Below, piece after piece: positions 35,050 to 47,449 of a stretch of 64,000 bases of DNA (positions within the stretch are counted from its first letter, which is position 1; every line of letters starts with the position of its first letter). Source of the DNA: Anthoceros angustus (Eukaryota > Plantae > Anthocerotophyta); assembly GCA_010909165.1 (NCBI GenBank), contig VJWM01000126.1, positions 310,001 through 374,000 of the forward strand, read 5' to 3'. Both the position numbers and the translations under genes were made by a program. The notes under the pieces were generated by a model. It was not told where the DNA came from, did not search any database, and was given only the letters and a program-made list of their open reading frames with translations.

Positions 35050-36840
35050 AATGCATATTTTGGGACTGTGTGGGATGTGCTAAGGGGGTTTAAAAACCAA
35101 AAAAGGGATTTCGGATATTCACTCCCTTCGAAAAATACTGTGTTCACTCCACATAGCTCAGATGTACTAGCCCATGTCAAACCAAGCTTGCTTGACTTGG
35201 TAGGAGAAATGAGATTATGTTTTGCTGCTAAGTCAAGCAACATCCTTGTTTCTGCTCCATTTAGAGATTTGTGTATGTAAATGCTCTCCACCCGCCATCC
35301 GAATTAGCGTCGTCCATGACACTTTCAGACTTGAGCACCATGCACATGGCCGATCCGATCACTTGGGATCCCGACGACCACTTAGTGATTCGAGTCTTGG
35401 TGTGGATCTCCTTTTATTACATTGAGAGTTTATTCAGCATTCGGGCATTAATTTGTATAATGTCCTGGCTCTCCACAAGAGTAGTAGACTTCTTTTTGAA
35501 AACCCATTGTGACTGAACAATCTCTGAGCTCCGCGGCCTCTATGTGCTCCTCGATTTCTTCCATGGAAATTTCCTCTTGGATTGCCTCTTGCAACTCCAT
35601 TTCCGCTGGTGTCTCTAGTAGCTTCTCTACCTACACTGCTAGACTTCCTATAGTCTTGGCATATCGACCACTGGTATTGCCTCGAAATCTCCTGGAGGAG
35701 TTGGATGTAGTTAAATGGAATGTGTCTGGAATGGCATCTGCTGCTGTGATAGCCTCTGCTAATGTTGTAGGACTATACAACTCAATTATGTTAGAAGCTC
35801 AATCTTTCAAGCAAGACAAAGTGGTGCAGCTTGTCATCCTCACTCATGGTAGTGCAGAGCATGATAGCTTCATTGAAGGTACTTACCTAATCTCATACAA
35901 TACCTGTTTGCATGATATTGTCAAGCTGTTGCTGACTCAGACGTGAAGCATTCGCAGGCTCGAACTGCTTCTTGAGGGCTTCTTTAAACGATGTCCAATC
36001 TGTGATTGTATATATTCGATTACCCTGGGGTATGTTAGCACCATAACTCTACCACCAGACCAAAGCATAACCCTTTAGAAAATTGCCAACAGTACCCAAG
36101 TAGTATTACGGCTCAAGACTAGATGAGGCAAGATAAGTTGATATCGAATAGATCTAAGAATCAATGACTTGAAGATCTTTTTCTCCTTTATACTTATTAG
36201 GTAGAGCAAGTTTCATGCTCGACTTGGGTGGCACTTTGAAGATGCCTGCTAGCAACATTCACCGGATGGATTTGTATATTTTGTTCTTCCGCATCTTCAT
36301 TTTGTTGAGCTGTGGGCTTTGGATTCTGCTTCGCCTTTTTCCTGAAAGTCCTCAAATCTTCTAAGGCTTATGGTAGAACTTGATAAAAGCTTCCACCATC
36401 TACTTCTTCCAATCCAATTTGTCTCCACATGGCCCTGCAGTATATTTAGGCGGTGGCGTCCTTGACCATTTTGTGCATTCTTTAGTCACTCGGAAGAATG
36501 GACTACGCTTTGATACGACAAAGTAACGCCCCTCACTACACAATCAGTAAGGAAGCTACAAATGCTGGCTTCCCAGCGATCTAGTACTTCGCCAATTCAC
36601 TCCACAAGAGACTTGCACGATTCTCAGTGCTCTCAACCTCACGATGCAGCACTAGGCTCCAAGTAGCGTGCCGTCCATTGACGATTCGCATGCCACCTCT
36701 TCCAGGTGCTGCTCTTTATTGATAGAATACACACTTGAGCCTGGCTATCTATGCCCAACTGGCTACTACCGTTGACTTAGCGACAAGCTCACTAGCTAGG
36801 CTCTCTACATCTCTCTCAACACAAGGCTTGTAGCGCATCA
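35050..36840 (-). mobile_element. Degenerate Ty1/Copia gag-protease region with probable LTR at ~36530-36840
   Basis: Zinc-knuckle remnant YYSCGEPGHYTN*CP (~35450-35490), RGNFHGRNRGAHRGRG linker, and Copia-like LLDLAAKHNLISPTKSSKLG. The upstream tract starts TG at ~36839 on the minus strand. Confidence 0.6.
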
Positions 36841-39800
36841 TGAACTGAATGATGATGATGATTCCTCAAAGCTCTTACTCTTAGTAGTCGCCGCGCCAGC
36901 AGACCAGCAACCTGCGTCGGCCCCAGCTACCGAGCCTCGCCGTACCAGGAGGGAGGCAAAGAAGAGGAAAACGGGCCCCACCACCACCGCCCCAAGGTCT
37001 GCTCCGGTGCCCTTGCCTTTGCCAACGGAGTGGCAGGAGGCTGAAGAAGTGGTGAGAAGGGCAGAGCGGGATGCAGCCAAGGGCGCGGGTGGACACTGGC
37101 AGCAACCCCACCCCGAGCCCGGGCCGTCACGACGCCAAGGCGGCCTGCTGCAAAAGGAAAGCAGAGTCCCTCGCTAGGGTTGAGGAGGAGAAGCCGGGGC
37201 CAAGTCAGGCCAGTCATAACAAGGCAGGGGCTAGGGTGCTCAGCCTATGTGAGCAGTGAAGCACGCCCAGAGGCGCAAGCGAGAGCAGGATCTTTGAAGA
37301 GGGCCCGAGGAGGCGGACGAAGCACGCAGCAGCAGAGGGCCAAAGACTGGACGGCAAGCAGGCGAACCGAGCTTGGGAGGCTCGGTGAAGGGCGGAGGCG
37401 GAGGCCTCTACCAAGACGGACAGGGATCACTACCAGCGGGACAGAAATCGGTGGAGAGAGCCGACAGGAGTAGCCACGGCCAACCTGAAGGCGGAGCAGG
37501 CAGCCGCGGAGCAAGCACGGGTAATCTGTGAGGGGGAGATGGAGGCCAGCACCAGGGAGCTAGGAGACCTCCGTGTACAGCTGCAGGACACGGAAGAACG
37601 GTGCTAGGAGTTGGAGGGCCGGAAGGAGACCCTGGAGCTACAGCTTCGGGTGACGGAAGAGCGGAACGGAATTCTCCAAGGGATAATCGAGGATCACGAG
37701 CGGGAGATAGAACGGCTCCAGTTCTTTTGGAGGGTGGAGGAGAGCTGTCGGCGCAGCAAGGAGCAGGATATCGCCGAGTTGGAGAGGGATTTGGAGGAAG
37801 CCAGGCGCCGGTCGGAGTTGCCGGAACGCCTAGAACGAGACATGGTGGCCCTCAAGGTGAAGATGGACAGGGGAGAGAGGGCCCTGCGGGAAGAGCAAAA
37901 GCTACTGATCCGCTTGCGAAAAGCAAAAGGAGAACGCCGGTGTATGGCCGGCAAATTAGCCGAGCTGCAGAAGCAGCTGGAGGAGGAGCGAGCTAAAGAG
38001 CAGCAGAGGCTCCAGGAAGTGGCGGAGGCGGCCTTAGTGGCCTCAAGAGACTCAGCCAGATAGTGTCTGGGTGATCTTGCGATCAAGATAAGACAAATAG
38101 CAACAGCCAAGGAGAGTCTCTTGGGGCGGGAATATCGGGTGCTCCGCGCTCATGTGGAGGAGGCCATCCAGCAGGTCGACTCCGACTTCGCATATTATCA
38201 TGCGGAGCTCCTCAAGGCGGTGGAGGTAGTGCACCAGACACGGCAAATTGAAGGGCCGGCGGAGGAGTCAGAAGGAGCTGGGAGAGACGAGGGCCTGGGA
38301 GATAGCACCGCCACGGGAACCCTGGGGTGCTGTTCGGGGACGAGAGCAGCAGCGGAGAAGGAGAGCACCCGGACGAGGGGAATACGGCGGACAGCACAAG
38401 ACAAGAGGTAAGTCCGTCGTACACTGCAAGGGAAGAAGGAGAGCGGGTCCTCGAGCAGGACAAGGAAGGAGAAATGTAGGGGGATCCGGTACAGGAAGGG
38501 GGTCCGGTGGGTGAAGACAGACCCCTGGAGAATGCTCTGGGCACGGATGCCCAGGAAACTGCGAGGTCGGACCCTGAGGTCCGGACTCCGAAAGCGAGGC
38601 CGGACCGCGAGGTCCGGACTCAGGAGAGGGAAGGGGTTGATGAGGGTTAGTCTCAACCCACCCAGGAAGAACGGGTTCCGAGCGGACCCACAGGGCAGGG
38701 ACCCACCAGCGTGCCAAGAGATGTCCAGCGAGGAGGAAGACTTCGTGGTCACTACGGTTGTCAGACCGCCGCTAGTAGCGTAGCTTGACAGAGTCTCGGG
38801 CAGAGGAAGAGCCTCCACATCGCGGATCATCCGATTGGGAGCCATTACCAAAGCTGAGGATTGGGCCTGCCAGCGCCATGAAGGAATCCTGGTCAGCCAC
38901 AGTCCTACCGCGTGGACGTAGATAGGAAAGCTAGGGGAGATAGAGGGTTGCATGCTAGGGCACAGTGAGCTGGACATCAGCTCAGAATAGGGGTGTAATA
39001 AAGGCGCTCCCTCAGGACGTAGTATAAGAGGGCAGTGGCCGCTCCAGTAAAGGCATCTTTCTTTTGGGGTTGATACCGCATTATCTTTGCAGGCCCTTAT
39101 GCGTCCCTTGCTAACGCGAGTCCCGAGTCACTGAGCGGGCAAGACTACTCCGGAGAGACTGATCTAGGTCTTGGTGACGGACCCTAACGCATGGTGGTGT
39201 GTGTATAGCCTGACCACGACGACCCCTCGCCTCCTCCCGAAGCGGGTCCGACGCCCGATGGACCGAGCGTGACTAGTTGGACTCAGAGGCGAGCCGGACA
39301 AGGTGGAAAACCCAAACATGGAGGTCTCGAGCTCACACGAACCCACCCGTGATTCTCAACTGGTAATGTGTGTAGTGAGTACGGTAGGAGAGACGGAGAG
39401 GAGAGGAGTGTAAGACGGACCAATAGGAAACGGACGCAAACAAGTCCTTAAATGTTTGGCCACGCCTAACCTGTCCGGTGGATGCATAGAAGTAACTAGG
39501 AAGTGGCAACGACCGTGTTGGGGTCTCCGATAGATACCCTCCCCAACGACGGGGCGAGAAACGAGCCACGAGCGTGCAAATACGGGACAAATCATTCCCT
39601 TGGGAACGGACCCCTTGCTGCAATGACACGGGATTAGTGGGCGCCCAGCTGGCCGTCAGTGAAAGTCGCGTCACACGGTGTCTTGTGTGAATAGGGAGTG
39701 ATGAGGCCTGTGCACGGGAGGAGGGATGTGTCCGAGGGCGAATCGGTGTCAGAGCATAGAGAGGCGATCACCAGAAGCAATGTATATGTGTTGAGTGTGG

Positions 39801-39900
39801 GGGAGTGGAAGAGGCGCGTGGCAGAGGGAGGATAGGAGTGAAGCAGCCAGCAGCAGCCATGGTCGGGTTAGGGGCAAAAAGGCGAATAACGGATATGAGG
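36840..39900 (+). mobile_element. LTR-retrotransposon-like GC-rich fragment with coiled-coil ORFs (copy B)
   Basis: Broken ORFs 37071-38411 are homologous to 23229-24497. The long purine-rich non-coding tail resembles a UTR/LTR. No RT or integrase seen, and the boundaries are approximate. Confidence 0.5.
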
Positions 39901-41198
39901 CATTTGTCTAGGGGGAGAGAGAAGGAGGGAGGACTAGGGGGGGAACATTCAGGTGTGTTAAAAAAGAGTCAGGGGCAGTCGACAGTTCATGGCCGAGGGG
40001 GGACACGTACTATCGGTGACATAGGAGAACATGGAGGCAGTCGATGAAATTCAAGATGTGCCTTTTTAGGAGGCACTAGATAGAGAAAAATAGGCTGGTG
40101 TGCTAAAAATTTAGGGTATAAAGATGCGTCAAGATTTGCACAAATGATAAATACAAAGTACCGTATAATGAACATGTATAAACTAGTATACATACGTAAC
40201 CCATATGACGTACATACTGATCATATACAAAATATGATATGACTATTATATCATTGAAAATATAGTATCACCGTAAATGATACACGAGTAGTACGAAGGA
40301 CATATTGATACGGGCATTTATATGTGGTGGTATTGATGGGCATATTAGTAGTAGCTACTATGTAAAACGTGGTATTCCACAGGGCAAAAGTAAAAGGGCA
40401 ATTGTAGATGGGGAGGAGGTTCGATATCAAGCCTAAAAAAGTGTTACAAGGCTTTTCTTGTAACACTTTATATATTGCAATCTTGTTGCAATCTTGAAAG
40501 AGGACAAAAGTACCTATCATTTCATCTCAACATAATTGCAACACCCTTGCAACATGATTGCAACAAAAGCTTTGGTCTGGTTTTCAAGCCAAAGTGTAAC
40601 AAGGGGCCCAAAAAGTGTTACACAGCCTTAAAATTGCAACATGAGTGTTACGTCTAGGGGTCCAAATCTTAACATAAAGTGTAACATAAGCAGGTATTTC
40701 TTGCCTAATTAGGCAATCTCACTTCTTCATCCTTCTCCCCGTTGGAATTAAAACCCACAATCGAGATCCCCTCTTCTACCTTGGAATCTGGCCTTCCAAT
40801 GTGCTGGGCTGTTCAACAACTAGACCACAATTTGCATTAAACCATGTGCACCACGATGTGCTTAGTTGTGACCGTAAGCACAACAATCCTGAAAAGGATG
40901 TCCAAAAGCATGTACACGAGCAGGACAATTTCACCAGCTTATATGCCTCGACTCTTCGTAGTAGTGGTTGTTATACATCCCACATATTAGTAGGCGCTAA
41001 ATTCGGGCTAATTTCACTAGAATGTATGCCTTGACTTTTTGTAGTAGTAATTGTTCTATATGCCCACAGGTTAGTGGCAACTAAATCCATCCAAACGTCT
41101 TCGAGCATCCAGTAGATCTAGAAGATTCACTACACTTTGCAGTATGAATGGCCATTTGGATGGCCCGGAAAGGTATCTAGTTCTCGCTTTGAAGCCAA

Positions 41199-41474
41199 TT
41201 AAGCAAAATAATTCATTTTAAAGAAAACAAGATTGTTATCACAGATGCAAGTGGTTAGGCCAGCATGGTCGAGCAAGTCATCCGTGTATGTAGGACGTCC
41301 CACACGCTCCTTCTCCTCGTGCTCGGTGTCATTATCGAACTTCCTATATTCCAAGGTTTCGTCGATACGACGTTCTTCTAACACTAGACCGCACCCTGTG
41401 CAAATGCTGTCTCCAGACCTGCTAACCTCATAAATCTCTGTCTTTATCTTGCACTCTAGACATTTGAGCTCCAT
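41199..41474 (-). CDS. Truncated TFIIB-like ORF (zinc ribbon + B-reader only), 91 aa
   Basis: CLEC-x17-CTGC, GLVLEERRIDETLEYRKF and ERVG match the TFIIB N-terminus. The ORF stops after running into arm sequence. No cyclin repeats follow. Confidence 0.75.
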   Translation of the reverse strand: MELKCLECKIKTEIYEVSRSGDSICTGCGLVLEERRIDETLEYRKFDNDTEHEEKERVGRPTYTDDLLDHAGLTTCICDNNLVFFKMNYFA

Positions 41475-42294
41475 ATTCTCGGCTGTCCTGAGATAATTAA
41501 AAAAGTGGAATGTGTAGCCTTGAAATCGTTAACCCACGAGGGCTTTGGACAATGAGTGACTAAGCACAATGATTGTTTTTCAAACAGTAAAGGATTCCAC
41601 AGTGACCTTAAACCTTGACACCTTACGAGGGGCTTGTCCAATGTTTATGAATATATGTAAGTCGCATCCCTCATTTATATACCCAAGTTTTCCTTGGCCC
41701 TTGGGAATTTGTCATGAGTGGGAACCCGTGCATTCACGTTCCGCAGTGTGGATGCAACCCATTTTTCCTTTGCGCCTGTAGTGCGAATTCAAACTCTCGA
41801 GCAAATTCTCCCCCCTTTCTAACTCTCCATGCATCACTCATGAAGAGTGAATCATATAGACATCCTTTATCATAACCTTGGAAAAACATGATACTTTCAT
41901 GGCCTTGTTGTACGTTGCCTTGCCCTACATCGTAGCTTTGGCAGAGGAGCACTATGTGCATGGTGTATGAGTGTAGGGCAGGAACAGTTGAATGACGCAC
42001 TGGCCTAGCCTTGGCAGGACAATGTCCGCACTCCTAATGCTTCAGTTGGCACACTCTATTGGCTGCTGCTCAAAGTCGAAGTGGAGCAAGGGTGAGGTGG
42101 GACACCATCCTTCTGAGGAAGTAACGAAGTTAGTTGAGAAAGATGTTGTAGCATAAATATGTGCTCACCAACATATATATGCATGTTGCTCCTATCCCAA
42201 GGCTCAACTCTAAGGCATCCAAATCGGCTCCTTGCCAGCTGGAGGCCCTAAATCCGCCATACAGCAGGTGTTCAAGGGTCTGGCTTTGCTGCAC

Positions 42295-42515
42295 AATTTA
42301 GCATCATCGGAGTATTGAATCATAGCCGGGCCCAATTTAGCATCATCGGCGAGTATTGAATCATAGCCGGGCCCAATTTAGCATCATCGGCGAGTATTGA
42401 ATCATAGCCGGGCCCACGCATCATCGGTGGGTATTGAATCATAGCTAGGCCAGTTTAGCATCATCGGTGAGTATTGAATCATAGCCGGGCCCGGTTTAGC
42501 ATCATCCGTGAGTAT
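42295..42515. repeat. ~40-bp tandem array, 5-6 units (tttagcatcatcggcgagtattgaatcatagccgggccc)
   Basis: Directly visible repetition. Confidence 0.92.
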
Positions 42516-42730
42516 TCCCATTGCTAATCAGTACGATGCTATGAGTCTTCTTGCTTTGTTGCGCTGTTGACAAGCACATATGTTACCCCCCACAAAGCTT
42601 CCCACCAGTACTTTCCAACATTCAAATAGACATCACTGATTATAACCTTGGAATAACATGACAGTTACATTGCCTTGTTGTGTAGAGATAGTCTATTGAA
42701 CAGACCCCAACACATCTTGGTTACACAAGA

Positions 42731-43282
42731 TCAAACATGCCTAAAAACAATGAAGACCGTAACAAGAATAATATGAATAATTGGAAGAGGCAAAATCCAA
42801 GATAGAACCTGAAAACCCTTCCATTTTTTTGCGCTATAGAAGAATAATGAACACCAGGACCCTACCAAGGCAAAATAAATGGATGTGCAATATAACACCC
42901 GCACCACCCGCACAAGAGTAGCGAAATACGGACGTAGTCTACGTGAATATATGAAGGAAAAGAAGAAGGACAAAAGGCTCGTCGCAAAGACAAAAAAGAT
43001 TGCAGCACACACAGCGGGAACCGTGGAAAGGCCGAAAACCCACCGAAAGCTGTTTCCTGGCGACACCCAGGAATGAGGTTTGTGCCCGAACACCATGGAT
43101 ACAATCGTGAGCACAAAAGATGCCCTCATGGGCACGAATAGATTCACAATGTCCACTTGCTCCTCCGCCAAATCACTCTCAACGTCTGTCTCCGTTCCAA
43201 CCTGTAAAGCACAATCGGTTTCCACTCCAACTTGTGTCTCCACTTGCTCCTCCGCCAAATCACTCTCAACGTCTGTCTCCAT
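42731..43282 (-). CDS. Orphan 4-TM protein, copy 2
   Basis: Homologous in frame to 31513..32025 (EEQVDIVNLF, GHKPHSWVSP, STVPAVCAAIFFV, FRHV*). The N-terminus has a duplicated METDVESDLAEEQV unit. Confidence 0.55.
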   Translation of the reverse strand: METDVESDLAEEQVETQVGVETDCALQVGTETDVESDLAEEQVDIVNLFVPMRASFVLTIVSMVFGHKPHSWVSPGNSFRWVFGLSTVPAVCAAIFFVFATSLLSFFFSFIYSRRLRPYFATLVRVVRVLYCTSIYFALVGSWCSLFFYSAKKWKGFQVLSWILPLPIIHIILVTVFIVFRHV

Positions 43283-44019
43283 TCCAACCTGTATCTCGAT
43301 CTGTCCCCAGCCCCACTGATTTGTTTTCTGCCCAGAATTCGAGTTAGAGAGTCTCGTGATTGAATTCCCACCTGAAATCCCAAATAGCCATGACGATGGG
43401 CAATAGATCGCCGGGCAAGACAAATCACTTTGGCTTGGCAGGCTCTCTCTCGCAATCTGCGGTCACGCTCCTTGCTCTCACTTGTAAGTGAGTTTGTGCA
43501 AGGTATTTATGTTGGAACCTCCTTCCTAATTGGGAGCTCAAAGCTTCCTCCCTTGGATGTGCAAAGTATGGCTATCAAAAAGAGGGCCGCCCCTCAAAGA
43601 CCTTTCCTTTTTGCTTCCTAACAATGCCAAGATTGCAGATTTCGGTATTTCGAGACTCATCCAGATTCACACGACCAAAAAAAAAAGCCAGCTTATGAAC
43701 GGAGAAAATCCATAAAAAGAAAAAAGAGTGCAACTATGGACGGCTCTCAGACATTGAACTTATTTCAGATTCAGAATGTTCAGCCGGAGTAACGACAGTG
43801 ATGAAATTTATGAGATAGAAAGGTGAAAAGTTAAAAGAGGTAAAAAGCTAATTAGTAGCTGCCCTATTAAGAAGATGTATGTGTTGCATGCTTCAGGCAA
43901 TCTCCTATTAGAGAGGAATTGCTACAGCCACTAATAAAGAGCTGCCTAGATAGGACTCTTGGTGATCAGGGTCTGTTAAAATCCCCTGAGTTTAGTAGCT
44001 GCCTAGTTAAGGTGAGTTT

Positions 44020-44305
44020 TGCAAACTAGACTTATCCCCAAATATCCAGTTTAAAAAGATCTAAAAAATGGACTTACTAGCTTAATTACCAAAGCAAAGA
44101 AACAACGAATAACTGCCAAAATCCTAATCCAAAAAAATCCTCATGCTTTTTTGTTTGCTTTGGTAATTAGGCTAACAAGTTTATTTTTGGGACTTATTTA
44201 AATTGGATATTTGAGGATTAAGTAGAATTTTGAAGTCTTATCCCAACTCCGAAGCCTTGTGCTTCACCAAAGTACACTGAGCCGTGACCTAACATGGCCT
44301 GGACA
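44020..44305. mobile_element. AT-rich foldback/MITE-like element, fuller copy
   Basis: Imperfect palindrome aatatccagtttaaa...taattaccaaagcaaa...tttgctttggtaatta...tttaaattggatatt. Confidence 0.6.
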
Positions 44306-45292
44306 GCTATACCCCTTCATAGCGCGGCATGTACTGTTTGAGATTGTATATAGATGGATTGTTTAAGGGGACGGAATTGGAGGATTCGAAGATGAACTTC
44401 ACATCATCAAGCTGGATATAGGTGTGCCCCTTGCCCTTAGCAACGAGAGAGACGCCGCAGTCGAGGGAGAAAAGGATAATGCAGGAGCTCGTCCTTGCGA
44501 CGGTGATCGAAGATGAAGAAGAGGAAGAGGCTGCGGAGCTTCTTACCAGTAGGAAGAAGATCTCTAGGAGAGAAGTAAGAGGTCCTCCTCTTGATGGAGA
44601 GCAAGGAAAGAAACTGGGCGGAATAGGAGGAGGGCCAAGAAATGCTAGTAATGATGTTGGTTCAAAGGATGTAGGGAAAGGACCTACCATGGAAGGTGAG
44701 TTCGCATCGGTAGGGAGATATCTCCTACCACCGTCCCTACCGTAGGTCCGAGTGAGGATGAGGATAGGGCCCAGGGCCCTACTAAAACCGTGGAGCGCAG
44801 ATCCACCGGGAGTGAGGAGCGAAAGGGGGGAAGACCCCTGCCAGAATTGAAGTGCCTCGTGAGGAGGAGGTGCAAGTGCCAGAGCCTGAGTAAAGATGGG
44901 CACAAGGAGGAGAGCCTCTCCAGTCCGGATTTTCATATGTGCCGAGCACAAACGAATCAATCCTGCCTCTCGAAGACTACGTTTTCGTCTTGAGGAAGAG
45001 GAAGGAAAGACAATGTACAGATGTAATATTTCAACGCCCACAAGTGTGTTACGGTGCTCGCACTTGTAAGCAACGAACTCGTGTAAAGGGACGTACCATA
45101 GGTAAGCTTAATAAGAACTTCCTCTTCCTTGATTAGCATTATATCTAGCTCCAGAGCGTCCCGCTGGAGATTGACTAGCACTCCGCAGTGTAAAGCTGTT
45201 GTCACATGTTCAAACTCTCAAGCAAATCCTTGTGCTTCCTGACTCTCCACGAATCAATCGGCCGATTATATCATATACATAGCATCTAATCT

Positions 45293-47168
45293 CAAGGAAA
45301 CAGCTGACATCGATGATGGTGAACGAACGTTTTGAAGATGAGTCTTTGCTGGACATGGGAGCCACTTTAAAGAGGCTGCTCTCAGATTTCAATCTTGTTT
45401 GCACGCACGCCGACGATATGCATGCGCCTGAGTGGCAGATGATCAGGGTGCGGGAGCAGGAGCAGCTGAAGCAGCAGCGGAGTTGACAACGTGGCAGTTG
45501 GTCCTGATTTCACCCTGCGTGCCGGTCAGAACTCCCACGTTGCTGAGCTTGAAGATGGAGGATCTGAACTGGGCGAAGAAGGCACTCTGGCTGAAGGCGA
45601 ACTTGGTGACGAAGGGCTCGGTGCGGGAGTCGAAGAGGAGGTATTGGTCGGTGACGAAGAAGCCCTTGCTGTTGAGCAGGTCGACGTAGTACTTGTTGTC
45701 GAACACGGTGGGCGACAGGGGGTCCATGTCCGCTCGGAATGTGGCGTCGGCGCACGCCGTCAGGAGCTCCTGCAGGTAGGCCGGGGGGATCGTTGGGTCC
45801 GCCAGGCCGGTCCCGTTGAAGTTGGTGAGCCTCCTCCTGACCGCGCCGCAAGCTCCTTTGCCGATGGTGTGGGCCCCTGACAGAGCCACTGCGTCCGCCG
45901 TCCCGAGCCCGATTCCGGAGAAGGAGGCCAGCACGCCGTCCACGAACAGGTTGGGGGAGGGGTTGTTGGTGCTTGCCGGGCCCACGCTGCTGATCAATCC
46001 ATCCTTGCGGCCCAGGTACGTGGTGTAGAAGGGTGCGCCCCTCTGCGTCCGGATACAGGAAAGGAAGGACAATGAGGAGAACTCACGACAGAATTGGCGA
46101 CTGCAATGCAATGCAATGCAGGCAATGCGAGAAAGGCTGGCCTGGTTTGGCTACCTTGACGATAGCGTCTCTGACACTGGTGACCAGGATGTCGGCACAA
46201 GAGACGGTGTTGGGGCAAGCTGCCTCTAGTTGCTGCTTGATGTCGTCAATGACGTTGAACCCAGCCAGAGACCTGTTAGGAATCGCATCCCTTTCACCGC
46301 TGTTTGTGGGAGTGCTGTCGATCATAATGGAGGCGTCGACCCCCTGTAATTTCCACACGCACGCACCGCACACGGTGAGCAATCGTGCTTTGAACTCTAA
46401 GACAAAGAATGGCCTAGGCCTGCAGATGCCTTCGAGCCCAGACATGTGCACCACACCATACGTACATTCACCACGGCATCGTGGAAGAGGAGACGGAGCA
46501 GGTGGGCAGCATTCTGGACATCCAGAGCCAGCCACTTGTCGATGTTTTGCTTCACAATCGGGTAGAACTGAGGGCACGACTTCTTGTAGAAGAACGGGTT
46601 CAGGCCTCGGGGAATGGAGTCACCCGCCTCTGCTACGGGAGCCAGCGCCGAGCTCATGAGCAGAAGCAGCAGAAACGAGAGGCCCGCAGCTGCAGGACCC
46701 CGCCCCCCGGCCATGACCCACAACCTTCTTTCAACTTGGATGGGCTGCTGAAATGCCAACGCAAGGAAATCGGTGACCCTTGCGATCGAGAGCTAGCCGG
46801 ATTCTGGAATGGAAGTTCCAGGTATGGAAGCCCGCAGCCTGGAAGTTGAAATCGTAAGAAGCGTGAAGAATCGGGTGGCGATGGAGAGGAAGGGATGTGA
46901 TCTAGAGGAGATGGTGAACGCTGCTGTGGAAGGCGGAGAAGGAAACGAATTCGGGACTGGATGGAAGGAGGTGGATAACGCCAGGAACATATAGGTCGGG
47001 AGGTCAGCGCGGGTCTGGCGACGACCCAGTCGAGGCGGCCTGACAGCAAGGAAAACTTGCTTGGCGGATGGGCCTCTTTCAAAATAGCCATCCCACTGTC
47101 ACAGATTGACCTGCCCTCTCTGCTACGCGGTACAGCAGAGACCTGTCTTCAGGGCAACTTGTTCTTTG
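45293..47168 (-). repeat. Right outer arm of large inverted duplication
   Basis: Mirror of 17872-19728. Confidence 0.95.
45443..46714 (-). CDS. Class III secretory peroxidase, copy 2 (intact, 3 exons)
   Basis: Same motifs as copy 1. Exon 3 is uninterrupted in ORF 45443..46111. ATG at 46714. Confidence 0.93.
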
Positions 47169-47449
47169 GGTTGTCTAGCGGATGGCCCCCATTGCTGCCC
47201 TGCCGGTAGCTTCTTCAGTTCTGAAGCGGGCTGCCCCCTCGATGTTGGTGACCTCTGTGAGAGAGGCCATGGGAGACCGGTGGGTCTGTTTCCACGATTT
47301 TTCTCCCTCCGAGAGGACCCGAACCACGTCACATCTGTTAGCGAACGTGTCATCGTGTCTCCACAACCCTATGCCTATGTATGTAGGGTATGCGAACTGG
47401 AGGGCATATGAATGTAGGCAGGTACACCCGTGCATCAGCGTGAACCCTC

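Larger units (their letters stand above)
40700..43750 (-). repeat. Right inner arm of inverted duplication, with extra segments 41230-41740 and ~41910-42640
   Basis: Mirror of 30880-32745. The extra ~750-bp segment is flanked by direct repeats (aaccttggaa..acatg..a.tt.cat.gccttgttg). Confidence 0.88.

Noticed and set aside
41900-42290. Possible TFIIB cyclin-repeat remnants (GATCIYM, FLRRMVSHL)
   Set aside because: Weak similarity, and they lie upstream of the zinc ribbon on the minus strand, the wrong order for one gene.
44307-45200. 244-aa minus ORF and acidic plus ORF with a knuckle-like CK..GH string
   Set aside because: The minus ORF is the antisense shadow of a purine-rich tract. The plus frames are broken and lack diagnostic TE domains.
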